Below are positions 58,132 through 64,000 of a DNA stretch of 64,000 nt, piece by piece. The notes under the pieces were generated by a model, which saw only the letters and a program-made list of their open reading frames with translations, was not told the DNA's origin and ran no database searches. The translations under genes and the position numbers were made by a program. Source of the stretch: Azolla caroliniana. Its lineage: Eukaryota > Plantae > Polypodiophyta. Each line of letters begins with the position of its first letter. Within the stretch, counting starts at the first letter, position 1. The stretch spans positions 18,042,001 to 18,106,000 of the forward strand of contig JBHGNT010000017.1 of assembly GCA_043228905.1 (NCBI GenBank), in the 5' to 3' direction.

Positions 58132-60913
58132 ATGGGGTTGCCCATAACTACTTCTTCATCATCATCACCACCATCACCACCACCACCATCATCATCATGG
58201 CCTCTCACTGTGGTTGCAGGTTTTGGCATGAGAAGCCTCCTGTTTCTGCTGCTTTCCATGGCCTCCATCACTCTCTTGCTCCTCCTCTCCACTGATTTCC
58301 TCACCTTTTCCTCTTCACAACTCCTCACCATCTCCACACCATCTTCAGGTAAGTTCCTTCTTTCCAAACTTTATATTTGTCTTTTCTTTATTCAATTAGT
58401 TCCTTCTTTCCAGACTTTCCTTATATTTTTCTTTTCTTTATTCAATTAGGTTAGTATAGTTTTTGTGGTCTATGAAGTGCTTTGTTTCTCCAGCTTTGTG
58501 ATCTATTTGCTCTTCAAATGCTTGGCTTTATGATCTATTCTTCCTCCTATTGTATTGCTTATGTTGATTTTCATAATGTCCATACATTCTGTTGCTATTC
58601 TGGTTGTTAGCCAGTTCAAGATCAAGTGCCAGTTTAACAACTTAATTTCTATGAGCATTCTATGACCTTCAGGAATCAATAAAGCTATAGAATATACTAC
58701 TAGCCCATCACTTCGGCAACTGTCACCCACAACTCTTTACTTATGCCTCATTTAACCAAAAGATCGGTATCGTTACATAGCTCTTTATTAGGGTAGAATC
58801 AAGATAGTGCATCATGTTGGAAGCAATAGATTCTAAGCTAGTAAAGAGTGCATTGCAAATGTGAGGTTGATTGTCTTAAACAAGCATTCATGGGTTATTG
58901 GTTCACTTTCTTTATCACTTTTTAGTATGATTGGGGAGACTGTATCCTATCTCTAATGATGTAAGGGAAACACAATGAGAAGTAACTATCCTTATCTCCA
59001 TATTGGATTGCTAGTATGATTTCTCTGCTTATTATTCCAAGGAATAGGATTGATCTTTTTAAAGTTGTTTTTGATCCAAAACACATGTTTCATGCCACTC
59101 CACCCATACAGACAAATTCTTATTTTTGTTGAATTCTAGGGTCTTATCCAGGAATCTTGATCCATAACCAGGAACAAGAATCATTATATAATCGTGAAAC
59201 AGACTCCATCATCAACAGTTCAAATGTGGGGACATGGAATAACCATGGAAGCCCAAGATCTGCAATCGAGAAGCACAAGGAATATTCAAAGCTCATCAAA
59301 CCAGATCTCGTAACATTAAAGCATGGAATCCCAAGCTCAGAAATCAATATGTGGAAGGAATCTTCAAGCAAGATGAATGATGAAGGTGTTATCGATACGA
59401 ATCACGAAGAAAAGGGCCTTAGGGAAAGGATTATTCAACATGACATGACAGATACATATCGAGGGGGTCATAGCTCGGCCCCAAAGGCGAGAAGTGTGTG
59501 CCATTGTGCCTTAAAAAAACATTATAACGTCACAATTTCTTAATTAAAGGATTCTAACTATTCCCGTTCGGGTCTATATAACTCTTTTATCCCAGGCTGC
59601 AATTACTACACGGGGAAGTGGGTGAAAGGTGTGAACAAGCCCCTGTATTCGGGGAAATCGTGCAAGAGATGGTTATCTGGGATGTGGGCATGTCGAGAGA
59701 TGAATGGCCGGCCAAGCTTTGACTATGAAAGCTACAAATGGCAACCGGATGGTTGTAATTTGCCTGTCTTCCGGAGCCGTGATTTCTTGTCGAGGTTGGA
59801 TTTCTCGAAACTCTCATCAAGCAAGGGAACCATGATGGAATCTCATGAATAGAAATTAAGTCTGGTCCATTGGGCATGGTCATTGCATACTTTTCTGTTG
59901 TTGGGTATTTACCAAAATACCTGTTGGTTTTATTGAATGGCCAGAATACCGATAAGGAGTCGCATTTTCTAGTCATTTGTGTAGGGGGTATTATTTTGGT
60001 GTTTTCCTCTTGGGGTATTTTGGAAGTGACAAAATGTTTTGTGTTGTGTAGGATGCGAAACAAGGTTTTGGTGTTTGTCGGGGATTCGATAGGAAGGCAG
60101 CAATTCCAATCGTTAATGTGCATGCTCACGGGCGGGAAGGATGATGCTTTAGTGGACGATGTGGGCAAATACTATGGTCTTGTGAGGAGAAGAGGCGAGA
60201 TACGAGCCGAAGGGACGGCACAAAGGTTCCTAGAAAGCAACACGACGATAGTTTATTATTGGTCGGCCACTTTGTGTGAACTCCAAGCTCTTAACGCAAC
60301 TTGCAAAGATACCGAGTATGCAATGCATCTCGACCGGCCCGCCACATTCATACAGAAGTACCTCAAGGTCATCGATGTCTTGGTATTGAACACGGGGCAT
60401 CATTGGAACCGAGGAAAGATGAATGCGAACAAGTGGGTTATGTATGTAGAAGGTAAGCCTAATACTAATGTAAGGCTCTCCAAGGACTTTGGGTTTGCTC
60501 GGAACTTCACCATACACAAGGTCGCCACATGGCTTCATAATCAACGTGAGCGGAATAAAACAAGAGCGGAAGTTTATATAAGGTCGTTGTCCCCAAGGCA
60601 TTTTTTCAATGGGGATTGGGATTCGGGAGGCCGGTGCGATGTTAGCTTGGTGCCGGTCGAAGCGAAAAACATTAGTGGTCAGAATGTGTTGGACTCTTCT
60701 GTGGAGAGTGCGGTTTTAGGAACAAGGATACATATGCTTAATATCACGTATATATCTCAATTTAGAGATGAAGCACACATTTCCAAGTATAGACCTCAGC
60801 AGAGTGGTCAAGATTGTCTACATTGGTGCCTCCCTGGGGTCCCAGATGTGTGGAATGAGCTTCTCTATGCCGAAATTCTTTCAAAGGAGATTGGAGTTGT
60901 TAAGGATGTTTAG
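58132..60913 (+). CDS. TBL: TRICHOME BIREFRINGENCE-LIKE polysaccharide O-acetyltransferase; exons 58132-58348, 59140-59493, 59596-59794, 60052-60913
   Basis: N-terminal TM anchor; CNYYTGKWV...WAC...YKWQPDGC; GDS motif (FVGDSIGRQQF); DCLHWCLPGVPDVWN; phase-compatible GT-AG introns. Confidence 0.93.
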
Positions 60914-62396
60914 TGCGGAGGGTAGCTCATGCAACTCGAGGTATTATAGAAACATGGATATAGAGAAATTCATAGCCACATTGATTCATACCAACCTTTA
61001 GAATTTTACAGCCTCAAATGACATGAGGATTCTATAGAGTGGTATAATTTCAATAGGAAGTGCTAACGATTTTATCGTAGCTCTAATAGCGTGAAATATA
61101 CTTGAAAAAAACATAGAATTATTGTATATCTTGATGGTGGTAGTTGATTGGCATATTGCCTTCGTATGTTATTTTCTTGTGTCATTCATATACTACTTAA
61201 TATTTCACAAAGTAAGGTTGTTTGTCGAGCGGAATGTTATGTTTTATCCCTTTTATCCCTTTATGTTGGAGAAAAGGACAATAACCATATGTGCGATTTC
61301 TTGGAAATATGGACCAAGAAAAGAAGAGTAATCTTAAATTTGGTCATACTTGATTGTTTTGAACCATTCTATATCTTTATGTAGGAGAAAAGAACAATAA
61401 CCACATGTGCGATTTCTTGGACATTGGACTAAGAAAAGAAGAGTTCATACTTGCTTGTTTTTATGTGTTTGCATACCCAATAATGTTGTTGGTGCTCCAC
61501 TTTAGAGTCCAAAGATGTTCTAGATTTGTCTCTACATTTTTCTGTGTACATTTCCGATTCCTTCAACACCATTGTCATAGTCCCAAGGTGGCGATTGGTT
61601 CTAATGGGTTTGATTGAATTTTATTTATGAGAAAAAAAGAATAGAAAATCGTTGACAAGGTGAGGTGGTTAGGTTCACATTTTAAAGTTGCAAGTAGATG
61701 TAGGACACAACACAATGTCTACATCTTTCATGCTACACACAATTAGTGGTAGGTGCACTAAATCGTTTCCTTTTGTTGCGGTAATACTCGTGAGCTGTGA
61801 TGCACAAGTGAAGTGAGTTAAAGAAAGGAGGTACACGTTTGTGTTTGGTTTAGCTTTTACTTGTTCTGCAAAAAAGGATAAGAGGAAAAATGAATTAACA
61901 CCTTCAGAAGAATTCGAACAACTGGATGGATGCATTGCCCAAGGCAAGATACCCAAACCAGCACATAACTTTTTCCTTTGATTTTTGTAATTCTTCACAA
62001 AATGTGTGTAGGCACACACATCCTTTAGACTTCTATCACATACGGCTGTTGTCCTCTCAAAGGTTATTAGATTGTTGTGTAGTGATATACAATATTCCCT
62101 CTAGCTTATATTGTCAAGGTGTTTCAAATTATAGAATAAAGGTACTACATCCTTGTTATTAAATATATGCGATATGAGAAGATAGAAGAATAAACAAATG
62201 AGTGATGTTTAAATACAAGCTTATGGAGTTTTATTCGTGACAAGTTGCATAAATTATTTCTCTATTATTATGATGTATTTGCCTCGTAACAGACGATAAT
62301 TTTGAACACATTTGCTTCAACAACAAACTTGTTGGCTTGATTTGCCCATCTTTCACTTTTTTGTTTCCCTTGGGGTTTTAAATGAATTATGCAAAA

Positions 62397-62434
<38 letters not shown>

Positions 62435-63813
62435 TTTGTGTGGTTATTCATGGAACATCTCCTCCACTAGAAGCCAATTCCATTTGTTTTCGGCTATCAA
62501 CATATCATACAAATGCATGTGGATGTTCTATATTGGTGGGAAAAAAATTGGCTTCACTAATCACAATCATATTCAGTTAAAAAAAGGGGAAATTATTTTG
62601 AATAATTCATCAAATAATTACATACCATTAGATAAAATATTCATGACATTCCTATGCATACATATTTGTCACATGCTCTTTATGACAATGTTACATTTGA
62701 ATATCTACAAATAAATGTTTGAAACTCTAGATTTGATAACGGCCTATGGAGTGTATGTGAAGAATATTTTAGTTCAATAAGATAGTGGGTATGGAGAAAA
62801 GAGAGAGAGAGAGAGAGAGAGATTGTTTTTATGTGCAGAGGAGATTGATTGTGATCTATGGGTCAAGGCATAACCCATGGTGAGGATCGAACTTGGGTTC
62901 TTTGAATTTCATGACTTTGACGCCACGGTGTAAATGCTTGTTTCACACATAAACTTCAAAGAAGTTGACAGCTTGACCTTGGAACAACTTTTCGCTATGA
63001 AATTTGATGAATGCCATGGGCTCATTCTACTTTATAAGCCACTCACTTTTAAGACAGTTGTAACAAACAATTTTGTCATTGTCATTGTGACAAACCAAAT
63101 TCTTGTACAAAACCATATGATTTTCGTGTATGCATTAGATATTTGCATTTTGACAATCATAGACGTAACAAAAATAATGGCAAGGTCTTTTTTACACTTA
63201 TCCAATCACGTTATCTTTCTTGAGAATGCTCGTGGCCCTTATTTTTTTGTTGTTAGTGCTAAGGGTTTCATCGTATATAAAATAATACTAAACCTGTCTT
63301 TTTCGTCTTTTTCTCTCCCATGTCTGACTATTTTTTGCTTGCATTATATGATCTACCACTATCTTTTGAGACACTTCTCATAATCAAACCTTTTCCTCTT
63401 TCCACCTGAAGGTGTGCCCCTTGGCTTGAAGGCTAGACTATTGGTACTCTTTCTCTCATTTATTAGACTAGCCAACCACCATATAAACCATGTGGCCTTC
63501 AAGAGAAAATATACAAGTTATTCTTCATATTAAGGGAAATATCAAAACTATCTTGTTTATTTTGAGCTATCAAATATACCTTGCTCAAAACATGATGTAT
63601 TCATGTAGTAAAATGATACTCTCACCATATTTCTTTTTGTTGTTTTTTTCTAGAAAAGACGATTATATAGTAGTAATTGTACGAAGATCCTTTTTTGTAA
63701 CATGATACATTTCAATCGTTGATGCCACATATATTAAGGAATGCGAGATGAGATATACAAGGAAGGTTGAATATCTATGGTTGAAAAGGATTTGGATTAA
63801 TATGGAAAATTAC

Positions 63814-63945
63814 TAGGTGTAGGCAATGGTTCGGTTTAGGCTTAACTGGTTTGGCCTTATCCAAGCCAAACCGTTTTGGGGTTCTCAAACCAGAACCAAA
63901 CAAAACCAAACCGATCCCTAAACCGGTTTGGGAACCTCACTATTT
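63814..63945. mobile_element. Possible decayed hAT-type MITE
   Basis: Starts TAGG; clustered AACCG/CGGTT motifs in both orientations; no clear TSD. Confidence 0.25.
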
Positions 63946-64000
63946 TTTTTCTTCCCCTCAACCTCTAATAACATCATCATCTCTCATATACAAATATTTG

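Noticed and set aside
59870-60051. Hydrophobic N-terminus of the 347-aa ORF
   Set aside because: Intron 3 of the TBL gene read in frame.

Overview
Plant nuclear DNA, probably a seed-free land plant (inferred from TE types only). A ~51 kb block of deeply nested retrotransposons (915-52300) lies between two host genes: the last two exons of a mitochondrial glycoprotein (MAM33/C1QBP-like) gene at 1-418 and a four-exon TRICHOME BIREFRINGENCE-LIKE O-acetyltransferase gene at 58132-60913. Most insertions were resolved to the base from LTR termini and target-site duplications (TSDs). Highlights: (1) a 5'-truncated Penelope-like retroelement (42377-44747) with an open RT, no C-terminal endonuclease, a minimal type I hammerhead ribozyme in its 3' region and a 484-bp flanking duplication of its target; (2) a Ty3/gypsy superfamily with TGTCG...CGACA LTRs and a tRNA-Trp primer site, present as pol-encoding, gag-only and non-coding members, whose seven insertions are all consistent with 4-bp NCGN (CpG-centred) targets inside other TEs; the five members with an internal region share a hairpin 17-18 nt before the 3' LTR, and some LTRs carry tRNA-like Pol III A/B-box units; (3) a young, intact chromovirus with TG...TA termini and a predicted spliced 5' leader that removes the PBS and a five-hairpin array. 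All calls come from reading the sequence by eye; no searches or computations were run.
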